DNA of 64,000 nucleotides from NCBI RefSeq assembly GCF_023055435.1, contig NW_025964223.1:55304001-55368000 (forward strand), given 5' to 3'. The notes beneath the pieces were generated by a model. It did no database searches. It saw nothing but the letters and a program-made list of their open reading frames with translations, and was not told where the DNA came from. The position numbers and the translations under genes were made by a program. Source of the DNA: Haliotis rufescens. Its lineage: Eukaryota. Position 1 is the first letter of the stretch. The number at the start of each line of letters is the position of its first letter. Positions 22,667 through 38,161 of this stretch are shown in pieces.

Positions 22667-24224
22667 TTAACAGAAAAATCGTTTAAAATAGTCGTTCTTT
22701 AGAGCAAGTTTGGCTGTAATTCTATCTAAAGGATTTAAGTCAAGACACTTCTTCAAAAGTGACACAAGCTTTCGGTCAGGAATGTCAAGACCAGATACGT
22801 CCAGCTGATTGTGGTCTTGGGCTATGAACTGAGGTGGTTTTCCCGTCAGACTCTCATACACTGACGCACCAAACATCCACATGTCAAAGGACTTCATTAT
22901 CTTGTCTTCAACATCCCTTGTCTTGCTCTGTGGATTGTAGCTTCCGGTACCAAGCCTGATCGCATCGCCAAAGTCGATAACTTTGACCTTTCCACCCTGT
23001 CCAATGAGTATATGGTCTGGTGTTATGTCCCCATGGACTACGTCATGGCTGTGAAGATGTTCAAGACACGTGACAACTTGTTTCATGACTTTCTTCATCG
23101 CACCTTGTCTGCGAGCCTGGCACTTCCTGGCAATGAACTCGGCCAGGTTGGATCCGCCGACATACTCCAGTATCATGACTTGGCGGCCCTTGTGTTCAAA
23201 TAGTTCATAGGCTTTGATAATGTTCTTGTGTTGGACCTGACCAATGATGTTAAACTCAGTGGTCCATGCTTTGGACACTTCCATCGGGTCTCTGTTTCTT
23301 GGGTGCGACACTTTGGCTGCAAATACTTGTCCGTCTTTGAACACATTGTACACAGTGGCGTTAGCACCAGAGCGGATGACCTCACGGAACATGTAGCCAT
23401 GGATTGTGAGGCCGAGGAACGGGTCGCGTGGGAGTGAGCGGAGAAACCCCTCCCCAGCTGATTGAGGTAACTGACAGTTTTCAGGGTGGCGCTGGTTGCA
23501 AGGGGGAGTCGCGGCATCCACGGGAGGCGTTGATTTAGACACACACTCCACCAGTCGCTCTACGTCCGACAGACATTTTCTCCATAGTTCTGCTGCAGCA
23601 TTGTGATGTCCGGCTTGATGAGCCCACGTCAGATGAGGATCTGAAGACAGTGAAATCATCACATTACAAGTGTTCAGATTTACATAAATTACACACACAC
23701 ACACTGCAAGCAATACAGACATCTAGCAATCAACAAGGTAGATGAACATATAAAAAGTAAAAGTGGATGCAAGGTATGCAAATGGAAAGTACGGGGAATC
23801 AGAACTCTAATTTGGCTATGTTTTGAAAATAAATTATATTAGTTATGATAGCTGTTGCTTGTGTGAAATCGGCTAATATTTTTTTTGTCTTGTTTTAAGA
23901 CAGACACGTTTCAATACAGATTTAATTGGTTTCAGGAAAAGAATAAAAATAAATGGATTCTGGAGAGAAATACAAATATTATAGCAGCTTTATGATGGCA
24001 TGTTTAAGAAGTATCGCACATTTATTCAATAGTTTAAGACTGGTGTGAAAAACAACCACCCGCCGCCTACAATCTGTTGAAAAATTCATTTCGGATTTGC
24101 TGGATCGTTCTTTAAAAACTTAATCTTTTTTTAGAGACCTCGGTCCACACAACTTATCTAACAGTAAACCCGTTTGGGGTTAATTATACTGACAATAATA
24201 TTACTTACCAGGAGCCATATCCAT
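22667..24224 (-). CDS. Atypical kinase-fold protein, copy 2
   Basis: Exons 24224-24209 and 23640-22667; intact ORF and splice sites. Confidence 0.88.
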
Positions 24225-26510
24225 GAGGGTATTGTAACCGATTTTCAGAATAACACGAGCTGTATTTTAGATTAAATCGCCTTGCAAAGTTTCCGTGAAG
24301 AGAAACCACGCCTCGTCTCTAGCGCAATGTGGCTAAATGTGACGTTCCCTTCTGTGACGTCACACGTTTATGACGTCATGTGAGATGTTTTCCGGTTTAA
24401 CGGGGTCCGGATGAACGAGGCTAGGCTGTTTATTTAGAAGGCCAGGTTGCATGATTTTTATAAACGTTTCGGCTGCAGTTAAAAACGAGATTCGTTATTA
24501 ACATGTGATAAGACCCTGCCTTGTTATATATTTTTTCTGTTTAATCTACAAATGTATACGTAAAAGTGAGAAGCCCTTTTTATGGTATGGTGTCCCCCGA
24601 CGTGATATTGCTGGAATACTGCTAAAAACGGCATAAAACCTTACTCACTCACTCACTCACAAAAGTAAAAAGTTTGTACTTAGAGGTTTTCCGTTGTCTT
24701 TGAAAGTTCTGAAGAGGTCATCCCTCGGTGAAAAAAAACACACATTACACAGGCCTACCAATATATGAAATTTGTGCCCCCGAAGACATTGGCATATCAA
24801 TCGATTCCCAGACGAGGAGTTAACTCTGTTTGATCTCTTACAATGATGATGTTTTCATAACGTTTTATTTTTTTATTTGCGGAATATATATTATAATCTG
24901 ACCTGGTCCAAGTCCGCATTCCTTTGAAATGTCAAAGTGCTTTTGTCTCTCCATCTCAGGTTTATAGAGTGAGTGAGTGAGTATGGTCTTACGCCGCCTT
25001 TAGCAATATTCCAACAATATCACGACGGGGGACGCCAGAAATGGGCTTCACATATTGTACCCATGTCGGGAATCGAACCCGGGTGACGAGCGAACGCTTT
25101 TACCACTAGGCTACCCGACCGCCCTCGGGTTTATAGACAATGATAAGATTAGAGTATATTTTATGTCTTCCTGCAGTACTCTTCTTTTACATTCCTATAA
25201 GACCCATTCTAATCCGGATCTTCACGGGTCTACTGACATATTTATAACCAGATGGCACAAAACGATAAAAGTAGATGGTTCGCGCACCTACCTGTACAAG
25301 ACACAATACTCTACCACATGTATGGATCCCGTGCTACTACAGCAACCTTGCAAACACGACTTGATCGTCTCGATAATAGATCTACGGGGTTCCGTTCCAC
25401 AAAATGATCTTAGCGCTACGATAATCGTAACTCCCATACTTTGAAATAGGCTTATGACTATCGTAGCGCTAAGATCGCTTTGTGGAACTAGGCCCTGAAT
25501 TTTATTGAACCTTTGTGAGACTAGACTGATCATGGGCCAGTTTCGTCATTTCTCGCCATGTTATTCGTCCATGCGTTGGTTCTGTATCAGGCAGAGATAG
25601 CCTTGTAGTTGGTAAGTGATGCCGATCGTGGCCATGTACATGTAGTACGTTCAGTCGAAATAAACCGTCACTTGACACTTTATCTAATCATTTCTGTTAA
25701 GTTTCAGAAGTGTTCAACATGCCTAGTAACCTCGTGTCATATTGCTGATGGAGGTTTCCGTTAAAAGTACACTTGGCATTATTTATCACTTATATAACAG
25801 CTTGGCCCCATTGACCTCTGAATAAAAGTTAGGCAGCATCTTATCGCCCTGTCTGTCATGAGACCTCTGCCCCAAGTGTGGATTCCGGAGCAGTAGTGTT
25901 CCCAGAATCCCATATTTGTCACAGGTGGTTACCATTGAGGATCGGATGGTTACAATGACTGGATCGGGTGTTACCTGTAATGTTGTACGTCTTCTAAGAA
26001 TATTGTTGACCTTGAAGAAAAATTGCCACACTCACTCACTCACTCACTCGAGCTGTCAACCAATGTGTTGTCTGGGTCCGGCCCGATTAGTGACACCAGC
26101 CTTCATATCGCTGGAGTTTTGCTGGATGAGGCATAAAGGACTAATATGAGGATAAATACAAAATGTCAAGGCCAGAGAATATCCGCCGAAACAGATTCCA
26201 TTGGGCGTAAAAGGCAAAATCGCTGTGAAACATGTCCTTGCAAAGAAGAGAATTCAAAACAAAACACAAAACTAATTTCATTTCATTGTATTGATTGATA
26301 ACGGTATTTGGAATTAGGAATATAAGCTTAAACATTTTAAAGTTCATTTAAAAACAGGATAACATATTTTTGAGGTTCCCGGAACAAAAACCTGACAACG
26401 AAGAAACATCAATTTACGATTGCGAAAGTGGCTTTTCGTTTTTTGAGGAATGACGTTTGCATTCTAAACATTTAATTTGAAATAGGCAATTTAGAGTAAG
26501 TTCAGGATAA

Positions 26511-28139
26511 TTAACAGAAAAATCGTTTAAAATAGTCGTTCTTTAGAGCAAGTTTGGCTGTAATTCTATCTAAAGGATTTAAGTCAAGACACTTCTTCAA
26601 AAGTGACACAAGCTTTCGGTCAGGAATGTCAAGACCAGATACGTCCAGCTGATTGTGGTCTTGGGCTATGAACTGAGGTGGTTTTCCCGTCAGACTCTCA
26701 TACACTGACGCACCAAACATCCACATGTCAAAGGACTTCATTATCTTGTCTTCAACATCCCTTGTCTTGCTCTGTGGATTGTAGCTTCCGGTACCAAGCC
26801 TGATCGCATCGCCAAAGTCGATCACTTTGACCTTTCCACCCTGTCCAATGAGTATATGGGCTGGCGTTATGTCCCCATGGACTACGTCATGGCTGTGAAG
26901 ATGTTCAAGACACGTGACAACTTGTTTCATGACTTTCTTCATCGCACCTTGTCTGCGAGCCTGGCACTTCCTGGCAATGAACTCGGCCAGGTTGGATCCG
27001 CCGACATACTCCAGTATCATGACTTGGCGGCCCTTGTGTTCAAATAGTTCATAGGCTTTGATAATGTTCTTGTGTTGGACCTGACCAATGATGTTAAACT
27101 CAGTGGTCCATGCTTTGGACACTTCCATCGGGTCTCTGTTTCTTGGGTGCGACACTTTGGCTGCAAATACTTTCCCGTCCTTGAACACATTGTACACAGT
27201 GGCGTTAGCACCAGAGCGGATGACCTCACGGAACATGTAGCCATGGATTGTGAGGCCGAGGAACGGGTCGCGTGGGAGTGAGCGGAGAAACCCCTCCCCA
27301 GCTGATTGAGGTAACTGACAGTTTTCAGGGTGGCGCTGGTTGCAAGGGGGAGTCGCGGCATCCACGGGAGGCGTTGATTTAGACACACACTCCACCAGTC
27401 GCTCTACGTCCGACGGGAACAGACATTTTCTCCATAGTTTTGCTGCAGCATTGTGATGTCCGGCTTGATGAGCCAACGTGAGATGAGGAAATGAAGACAG
27501 TGAAATAATCACATTACAANNNNNNNNNNNNNNNNNNNNNNNNNNNNNNNNNNNNNNNNNNNNNNNNNNNNNNNNNNNNNNNNNNNNNNNNNNNNNNNNN
27601 NNNNNNNNNNNNNNNNNNNNNNNNNNNNNNNNNNNNNNNNNNNNNNNNNNNNNNNNNNNNNNNACAAGGTAGACGTGGATGCAAGGTACGCAAATCGAAA
27701 GTACGGGGAATCAGAACTCTAATTTGGCCATGTTTTGAAAATAAATTATATTAATTATGATAGCTGCTGCTTGTGTGAAATCGGCTAATATGTTTTTTGT
27801 CTTGTTTTAAGACAGACACGTTTCAATACAGATTTAATTGGTTTCAGGAAAAGAATAAAAATAAATGGAATCTAGAGAGAAATGCAAATGTATTAAGCAG
27901 CTTTATGATGGCATGTTTAAGAAGTATCGCACGTTTATACAATAGTTTAAGACTGATGTGAAAAAAAAACAAAACCGCCGTCTACTATCTGTTAAAAAAT
28001 CCATTTCGAATTTGGTGGATCGTTCTTTAAAAACTTAATCTTTTTTTAGAGACCTCGGTCCACACAACTTATCTAACAGTAAACCCGTTTAGGGTTAATT
28101 ATACTGACAACAATATTACTTACCAGGAGCCATATCCAT
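26511..28139 (-). CDS. Atypical kinase-fold protein, copy 3 (acceptor appears mutated; intron spans an assembly gap)
   Basis: Exon 2 27490-26511 is open with a 6-bp FP insertion. The acceptor reads CAT rather than CAG and lies ~30 bp from the N run. Exon 1 28139-28124 lies beyond the gap. Confidence 0.65.
27520..27663. other. Assembly gap (144 N) at the position of the intronic (AC)n tract of copy 3
   Basis: Run of N. Confidence 0.99.
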
Positions 28140-30425
28140 GAGGGTATTGGAAACCGATTTTCAGAATAACACGAGCTGTATTTTAGATTAAATCGCCTTA
28201 CAAAGTTTCCGTGAAGAGAAACCACGCCTCGTCTCTAGCGCAATGTGGCTAAATGTGACGTTCCCTTCTGTGACGTCACACGTTTATGACGTCATGTGAG
28301 ATGTTTTCCGGTTTAACGGGGTCCGGATGAACGAGGCTAGGCTGTTTATTTAGAAGGCCAGGTTGCATGATTTTTATAAACGTTTCGGCTGCAGTTAAAA
28401 ACGAGATTCGTTATTAACATGTGATAAGACCCTGCCTTGTTATATATTTTTTCTGTTTAATCTACAAATGTATACGTAAAAGTGAGAAGCCTATTTATGG
28501 TATGGTGTCCCCCGACGTGATATTGCTGGAATATTGCTAAAAACGGCATAAAACCCTACTCACTCACTCACAAAAGTAAAAAGTTTGTACTTAGAGGTTT
28601 TCCGTTGTCTTTGAAAGTTCTGAAGAGGTCATCCCTCGGTGAAAAAAACACATATTACACTGGCCTACCAATATATGAAATTTGTGCCCCCGAAGACATT
28701 GGCATATCGATCGATTCCCAGACGAGGAGTTAACTCTGTTTGATCTCTTACAGTGATGATGTTTTCATAACGTTTTATTTTTTTTATTTGCGGAATATAT
28801 ATTATAATCTGACCTGGTCCAAGTCCGCATTCCTTTGAAATGTCAAAGTGCTTTTGTCTCTCCATCTCAGGTTTATAGAGTGAGTGAGTGAGTGAGTATG
28901 GTTTTACGCCGCTTTTAGCAATATTCCAACAATATCACGACGGGGGACGCCAGAAATGGGCTTCACATATTGTACCCATGTCGGGAATCGAACCCGGGTG
29001 ACGAGCGAACGCTTTTACCACTGGGCTACCCGACCGCCCTCGGGTTTATAGACAATGATAAGATTAGAGGATATTTTATGTCTTCCTGCAGTATCCTTCT
29101 TTTACATTCCTATAAGACCCATTCTAATCCGGATCTTCACGGGTCTACTGACATATTTATAACCAGATGGCACAAAACGATAAAAGTAGATGGTTCGCGC
29201 ACCTACCTGTACAAGACACAATACTCTACCACATGTATGGATCCCGTGCTACTACAGCAACCTTGCAAACACGACTTGATCGTCTCGATAATAGATCTAC
29301 GGGGTTCCGTTCCACAAAATGATCTTAGCGCTACGATGATCGTAACCCCCATACTTTGAAATAGGCTTACGACTATCGTAGCGCTAAGATCGCTTTGTGG
29401 AACTAGGCCCTGAATTTTATTGAACCTTTGTGAGACTAGACTGATCATGGGCCAGTTTCGTCATTTCTCGCCATGTTATTCGTCCATGCGTTGGTTCTGT
29501 ATCAGGCAGAGATTGCCTTGTAGTTGGTAAGTGATGCCGATCGTGGCCATGTACATGTAGTACGTTCAGTCGAAATAAACCGTCACTTGACACTTTATCT
29601 AATCATTTCTGTTAAGTTTCAGAAGTGTTCAACATGCCTAGTAACCTCGTGTCATATTGCTGAACGAGGTTTCCGTTAAAAGTACACTTGGCATTATTTA
29701 TCACTTATATAACAGCTTGGCCCCATTGACCTCTGAATAAAAGTTAGGCAGCATCTTATCGCCCTGTCTGTCATGAGACCTCTGCCCCAAGTGTGGATTC
29801 CGGAGCAGTAGTGTTCCCAGAATCCCCTATTTGTCACAGGTGGTTACCATTGAGGATCGGATGGTTACAATGACTGGATCGGGTGTTACCTGTAATGTTG
29901 TACGTCTTCTAAGAATATTGTTGACCTTGAAGAAAAATTGCCACACTCACTCACTCACTCACTCGAGCTGTCAACCAATGTGTTGTCTGGGTCCGGCCCG
30001 ATTAGTGACACCAGCCTTCATATCGCTGGAGTTTTGCTGGATGAGGCATAAAGGACTAATATGAGGATAAATACAAAATGTCAAGGCCAGAGAATATCCG
30101 CCGAAACAGATTCCATTGGGCGTAAAAGGCAAAATCGCTGTGAAACATGTCCTTGCAAAGAAGAGAATTCAAAACAAAACACAAAACTAATTTCATTTCA
30201 TTGTATTGATTGATAACGGTATTTGGAATTAGGAATATAAGCTTAAACATTTTAAAGTTCATTTAAAAACAGGATAACATATTTTTGAGGTTCCCGGAAC
30301 AAAAACCTGACAACGAAGAAACATCAATTTACGATTGCGAAAGTGGCTTTTCGTTTTTTGAGGAATGACGTTTGCATTCTAAACATTTAATTTGAAATAG
30401 GCAATTTAGAGTAAGTTCAGGATAA

Positions 30426-31452
30426 TTAACAGAAAAATCGTTTAAAATAGTCGTTCTTTAGAGCAAGTTTGGCTGTAATTCTATCTAAAGGATTTAAGTC
30501 AAGACACTTCTTCAAAAGTGACACAAGCTTTCGGTCAGGAATGTCAAGACCAGATACGTCCAGCTGATTGTGGTCTTGGGCGATGAACTGAGGTGGTTTT
30601 CCCGTCAGACTCTCATACAATGACGCACCAAACATCCACATGTCAAAGGACTTCATTATCTTGTCTTCAACATCCCTTGTCTTGCTCTGTGGATTGTAGC
30701 TTCCGGTACCAAGCCTGATCGCATCGCCAAAGTCGATAACTTTGACCTTTCCACCCTGTCCAATGAGTATATGGTCTGGCGTTATGTCCCCATGGACTAC
30801 GTCATGGCTGTGAAGATGTTCAAGACACGTGACAACTTGTTTCATGACTTTCTTCATCGCACCTTGTCTGCGAGCCTGGCACTTCCTGGCAATGAACTCG
30901 GCCAGGTTCGATCCGCCGACATACTCCAGTATCATGACTTGGCGGCCCTTGTGTTCAAATAGTTCATAGGCTTTGATAATGTTCTTGTGTTGGACCTGAC
31001 CAATGATGTTAAACTCAGTGGTCCATGCTTTGGACACTCCCATCGGGTCTCTGTTTCTTGGGTGCGACACTTTGGCTGCAAATACTTGTCCGTCTTTGAA
31101 CACATTGTACACAGTGGCGTTAGCACCAGAGCGGATGACCTCACGGAACATGTAGCCATGGATTGTGAGGCCGAGGAACGGGTCGCGTGGGAGTGAGCGG
31201 AGAAACCCCTCCCCAGCTGATTGAGGTAACTGACAGTTTTCAGGGTGGCGCTGGTTGCAAGGGGGAGTCGCGGCATCCACGGGAGGCGTTGATTTAGACA
31301 CACACTCCACCAGTCGCTCTACGTCCGACGGGAACAGACATTTTCTCCATAGTTCTGCTGCAGCATTGTGATGTCCGGCTTGATGAGCCCACGTGAGATG
31401 AGGATCTGAAGACAGTGAAATCATCGCATTACAAGTGTTCAGATTTACATAA

Positions 31453-31503
<51 letters not shown>

Positions 31504-32011
31504 AGCAATACAGACATCTAGCAATCAACAAGGTAGATGAACATATAAAAAGTAAAAGTGGATGCAATGTACGCAAATGGAAAGTACGGGGAATCAGAAC
31601 TCTAATTTGGCTATGTTTTGAAAATAAATTATATTAGTTATGATAGCTGCTGCTTGTGTGAAATCGGCTAATATGTTTTTTTGTCTTGTTTTAAGACCGA
31701 CACGTTTCATTACAGATTTAATTGGTTTCAGGAAAAGAATAAAAATAAATGGATTCTGGAGAGAAATACAAATATTATAGCAGCTTTATGATGGCATGTT
31801 TAAGAAGTATCGCACGTTTATTCAATAGTTTAAGACTGGTGTGAAAAACAACCACCCGCCGCCTACAATCTGTTGAAAAATCCATTTCGAATTTGCTGGA
31901 TCGTTCTTAATCCTTTTTTAGAGACCTCGCGCCGCACAACTAATCTAACAGTAAACCCGTTTGGGGTTAATTATACTGACAACAATATTACTTACCAGGA
32001 GCCATATCCAT
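30426..32011 (-). CDS. Atypical kinase-fold protein, copy 4 (331 aa)
   Basis: Exons 32011-31996 and 31405-30426; FP insertion; intact. Confidence 0.88.
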
Positions 32012-34294
32012 GAGGGTATTGTAACCGATTTTCAGAATAACACGAGCTGTATTTTAGATTAAATCGCCTTACAAAGTTTCCGTGAAGAGAAACCACGCCT
32101 CGTCTCTAGCGCAATGTGGCTAAATGTGACGTTCCCTTCTGTGACGTCACACGTTTATGACGTCATGTGAGATGTTTTCCGGTTTAACGGGGTCCGGATG
32201 AACGAGGCTAGGCTGTTTATTTAGAAGGCCAGGTTGCATGATTTTAATAAACGTTTCGGCTGCAGTTAAAAACGAGATTCGTTATTAACATGTGATAAGA
32301 CCCTGCTTGTTATATATTTTTCTGTTTAATCTACAAATGTATACGTAAAAGTGAGAAGCCTATTTATGGTATGGTGTCCCCCGACGTGATATTGCTGGAA
32401 TATTGCTAAAAACGGCATAAAACCCTACTCACTCACTCACTCACAAAAGTAAAAAGTTTGTACTTAGAGGTTTTCCGTTGTCTTTGAAAGTTCTGAAGAG
32501 GTCATCCCTCGGTGAAAAAAAACACACATTACACTGGCCTACCAATATATGAAATTTGTGCCCCCGAAGACATTGGCATATCGATCGATTCCCAGACGAG
32601 GAGTTAACTCTGTTTGATCTCTTACAATGATGATGTTTTCATAACGTTTTATTTTTTTATTTGCGGAATATATATTATAATCTGACCTGGTCCAAGTCCG
32701 CATTCCTTTGAAATGTCAAAGTGCTTTTGTCTCTCCATCTCAGGTTTATAGAGTGAGTGAGTGAGTATGGTTTTACGCCGCTTTTAGCAATATTCCAACA
32801 ATATCACGACGGGGGACGCCAGAAATGGGCTTCACATATTGTACCCATGTCGGGAATCGAACCCGGGTGACGAGCGAACGCTTTTACCACTGGGCTACCC
32901 GACCGCCCTCGGGTTTATAGACAATGATAAGATTAGAGGATATTTTATGTCTTCCTGCAGTATCCTTCTTTTACATTCCTATAAGACCCATTCTAATCCG
33001 GATCTTCACGGGTCTACTGACATATTTATAACCAGATGGCACAAAACGATAAAAGTAGATGGTTCGCGCACCTACCTGTACAAGACACAATACTCTACCA
33101 CATGTATGGATCCCGTGCTACTACAGCAACCTTACAAACACGACTTGATCGTCTCGATAATAGATCTACGGGGTTCCGTTCCACAAAATGATCTTAGCGC
33201 TACGATGATCGTAACTCCCATACTTTGAAATAGGCTTACGACTATCGTAGAGCTAAGATCGCTTTGTGGAACTAGGCCCTGAATTTTATTGAACCTTTGT
33301 GAGACTAGACTGATCATGGGCCAGTTTCGTCATTTCCCGCCATGTTATTCGTCCATGCGTTGGTTCTGTATCAGGCAGAGATTGCCTTGTAGTTGGTAAG
33401 TGATGCCGATCGTGGCCATGTACATGTAGTACGTTCAGTCGAAATAAACCGTCACTTGACACTTTATCTAATCATTTCTGTTAAGTTTCAGAAGTGTTCA
33501 ACATGCCTAGTAACCTCGTGTCATATTGCTGATGGAGGTTTCCGTTAAAAGTACACTTGGCATTATTTATCACTTATATAACAGCTTGGCCCCATTGACC
33601 TCTGAATAAAAGTTAGGCAGCATCTTATCGCCCTGTCTGTCATGAGACCTCTGCCCCAAGTGTGGATTCCGGAGCAGTAGTGTTCCCAGAATCCCATATT
33701 TGTCACAGGTGGTTACCATTGAGGATCGGATGGTTACAATGACTGGATCGGGTGTTACCTGTAATGTTGTACGTCTTCTAAGAATATTGTTGACCTTGAA
33801 GAAAAATTGCCACACTCACTCACTCACTCACTCGAGCTGTCAACCAATGTGTGGTCTGGGTCCGGCCCGATTAGTGACACCAGCCTTCATATCGCTGGAG
33901 TTTTGCTGGATGAGGCATAAAGGACTAATATGAGGATAAATACAAAATGTCAAGGCCAGAGAATATCCGCCGAAACAGATTCCATTGGGCGTAAAAGGCA
34001 AAATCGCTGTGAAACATGTCCTTGCAAAGAAGAGAATTCAAAACAAAACACAAAACTAATTTCATTTCATTGTATTGATTGATAACGGTATTTGGAATTA
34101 GGAATATAAGCTTAAACATTTTAAAGTTCATTTAAAAACAGGATAACATATTTATGAGGTTCCCGGAACAAAAACCTGACAACGAAGAAACATCAATTTA
34201 CGATTGCGAAAGTGGCTTTTCATTTTTTGAGGAATGAAGTTTGCATTCTAAACATTTAATTTGAAATAGGCAATTTAGAGTAAGTTCGGGATAA

Positions 34295-35315
34295 TTAATA
34301 GAAAAATCGTTTAAAATAGTCGTTCTTTAGAGCAAGTTTGGCTGTAATTCTATCTAAAGGATTTAAGTCAAGACACTTCTTCAAAAGTGACAAAAGCTTT
34401 CGGTCAGGAATGTCAAGACCAGATACGTCCAGCTGATTGTGGTCTTGGGCGATGAACTGAGGTGGTTTTCCCGTCAGACTCTCATACAATGACGCACCAA
34501 ACATCCACATGTCAAAGGACTTCATTATCTTGTCTTCAACATCCCTTGTCTTGCACTGTGGATTGTAGCTTCCGGTACCAAGCCTGATCGCATCGCCAAA
34601 GTCGATAACTTTGACCTTTCCACCCTGTCCAATGAGTATATGGGCTGGCGTTATGTCCCCATGGACTACGTCATGGCTGTGAAGATGTTCAAGACACGTG
34701 ACAACTTGTTTCATGACTTTCTTCATCGCACCTTGTCTGCGAGCCTGGCACTTCCTGGCAATGAACTCGGCCAGGTTCGATCCGCCGACATACTCCAGTA
34801 TCATGACTTGGCGGCCCTTGTGTTCAAATAGTTCATAGGCTTTGATAATGTTCTTGTGTTGGACCTGACCAATGATGTTAAACTCAGTGGTCCATGCTTT
34901 GGACACTCCCATCGGGTCTCTGTTTCTTGGGTGCGACACTTTGGCTGCAAATACTTGTCCGTCTTTGAACACATTGTACACAGTGGCGTTAGCACCAGAG
35001 CGGATGACCTCACGGAACATGTAGCCATGGATTGTGAGGCCGAGGAACGGGTCGCGTGGGAGTGAGCGGAGAAACCCCTCCCCAGCTGATTGAGGTAACT
35101 GACAGTTTTCAGGGTGGCGCTGGTTGCAAGGGGGAGTCGCGGCATCCACGGGAGGCGTTGATTTAGACACACACTCCACCAGTCGCTCTACGTCCGACAG
35201 ACATTTTCTCCATAGTTCTGCTGCAGCATTGTGATGTCCGGCTTGATGAGCCCACGTGAGATGAGGATCTGAAGACAGTGAAATCATCGCATTACAAGTG
35301 TTCAGATTTACATAA

Positions 35316-35370
<55 letters not shown>

Positions 35371-35878
35371 AGCAATACAGACATCTAGCAATCAACAAGG
35401 TAGATGAACATATAAAAAGTAAAAGTGGATGCAATGTACGCAAATGGAAAGTACGGGGAATCAGAACTCTAATTTGGCTATGTTTTGAAAATAAATTATA
35501 TTAGTTATGATAGCTGCTGCTTGTGTGAAATCGGCTAATATGTTTTTTTGTCTTGTTTTAAGACCGACACGTTTCATTACAGATTTAATTGGTTTCAGGA
35601 AAAGAATAAAAATAAATGGATTCTGGAGAGAAATACAAATATTATAGCAGCTTTATGATGGCATGTTTAAGAAGTATCGCACGTTTATTCAATAGTTTAA
35701 GACTGGTGTGAAAAACAACCACCCGCCGCCTACAATCTGTTGAAAAATCCATTTCGAGTTTGCTGGATCGTTCTTAATCCTTTTTTAGAGACCTCGCGCC
35801 GCACAACTAATCTAACAGTAAACCCGTTTGGGGTTAATTATACTGACAACAATATTACTTACCAGGAGCCATATCCAT
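34295..35878 (-). CDS. Atypical kinase-fold protein, copy 5
   Basis: Exons 35878-35863 and 35268-34295; HGDITPAH variant; intact. Confidence 0.88.
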
Positions 35879-38161
35879 GAGGGTATTGTAACCGATTTTC
35901 AGAATAACACGAGCTGTATTTTAGATTAAATCGCCTTACAAAGTTTCCGTGAAGAGAAACCACGCCTCGTCTCTAGCGCAATGTGGCTAAATGTGACGTT
36001 CCCTTCTGTGACGTCACACGTTTATGACGTCATGTGAGATGTTTTCCGGTTTAACGGGGTCCGGATGAACGAGGCTAGGCTGTTTATTTAGAAGGCCAGG
36101 TTGCATGATTTTAATAAACGTTTCGGCTGCAGTTAAAAACGAGATTCGTTATTAACATGTGATAAGACCCTGCTTGTTATATATTTTTCTGTTTAATCTA
36201 CAAATGTATACGTAAAAGTGAGAAGCCTATTTATGGTATGGTGTCCCCCGACGTGATATTGCTGGAATATTGCTAAAAACGGCATAAAACCCTACTCACT
36301 CACTCACTCACAAAAGTAAAAAGTTTGTACTTAGAGGTTTTCCGTTGTCTTTGAAAGTTCTGAAGAGGTCATCCCTCGGTGAAAAAAAACACACATTACA
36401 CTGGCCTACCAATATATGAAATTTGTGCCCCCGAAGACATTGGCATATCGATCGATTCCCAGACGAGGAGTTAACTCTGTTTGATCTCTTACAATGATGA
36501 TGTTTTCATAACGTTTTATTTTTTTATTTGCGGAATATATATTATAATCTGACCTGGTCCAAGTCCGCATTCCTTTGAAATGTCAAAGTGCTTTTGTCTC
36601 TCCATCTCAGGTTTATAGAGTGAGTGAGTGAGTATGGTTTTACGCCGCTTTTAGCAATATTCCAACAATATCACGACGGGGGACGCCAGAAATGGGCTTC
36701 ACATATTGTACCCATGTCGGGAATCGAACCCGGGTGACGAGCGAACGCTTTTACCACTGGGCTACCCGACCGCCCTCGGGTTTATAGACAATGATAAGAT
36801 TAGAGGATATTTTATGTCTTCCTGCAGTATCCTTCTTTTACATTCCTATAAGACCCATTCTAATCCGGATCTTCACGGGTCTACTGACATATTTATAACC
36901 AGATGGCACAAAACGATAAAAGTAGATGGTTCGCGCACCTACCTGTACAAGACACAATACTCTACCACATGTATGGATCCCGTGCTACTACAGCAACCTT
37001 ACAAACACGACTTGATCGTCTCGATAATAGATCTACGGGGTTCCGTTCCACAAAATGATCTTAGCGCTACGATGATCGTAACTCCCATACTTTGAAATAG
37101 GCTTACGACTATCGTAGAGCTAAGATCGCTTTGTGGAACTAGGCCCTGAATTTTATTGAACCTTTGTGAGACTAGACTGATCATGGGCCAGTTTCGTCAT
37201 TTCCCGCCATGTTATTCGTCCATGCGTTGGTTCTGTATCAGGCAGAGATTGCCTTGTAGTTGGTAAGTGATGCCGATCGTGGCCATGTACATGTAGTACG
37301 TTCAGTCGAAATAAACCGTCACTTGACACTTTATCTAATCATTTCTGTTAAGTTTCAGAAGTGTTCAACATGCCTAGTAACCTCGTGTCATATTGCTGAT
37401 GGAGGTTTCCGTTAAAAGTACACTTGGCATTATTTATCACTTATATAACAGCTTGGCCCCATTGACCTCTGAATAAAAGTTAGGCAGCATCTTATCGCCC
37501 TGTCTGTCATGAGACCTCTGCCCCAAGTGTGGATTCCGGAGCAGTAGTGTTCCCAGAATCCCATATTTGTCACAGGTGGTTACCATTGAGGATCGGATGG
37601 TTACAATGACTGGATCGGGTGTTACCTGTAATGTTGTACGTCTTCTAAGAATATTGTTGACCTTGAAGAAAAATTGCCACACTCACTCACTCACTCACTC
37701 GAGCTGTCAACCAATGTGTGGTCTGGGTCCGGCCCGATTAGTGACACCAGCCTTCATATCGCTGGAGTTTTGCTGGATGAGGCATAAAGGACTAATATGA
37801 GGATAAATACAAAATGTCAAGGCCAGAGAATATCCGCCGAAACAGATTCCATTGGGCGTAAAAGGCAAAATCGCTGTGAAACATGTCCTTGCAAAGAAGA
37901 GAATTCAAAACAAAACACAAAACTAATTTCATTTCATTGTATTGATTGATAACGGTATTTGGAATTAGGAATATAAGCTTAAACATTTTAAAGTTCATTT
38001 AAAAACAGGATAACATATTTTTGAGGTTCCCGGAACAAAAACCTGACAACGAAGAAACATCAATTTACGATTGCGAAAGTGGCTTTTCATTTTTTGAGGA
38101 ATGAAGTTTGCATTCTAAACATTTAATTTGAAATAGGCAATTTAGAGTAAGTTCGGGATAA

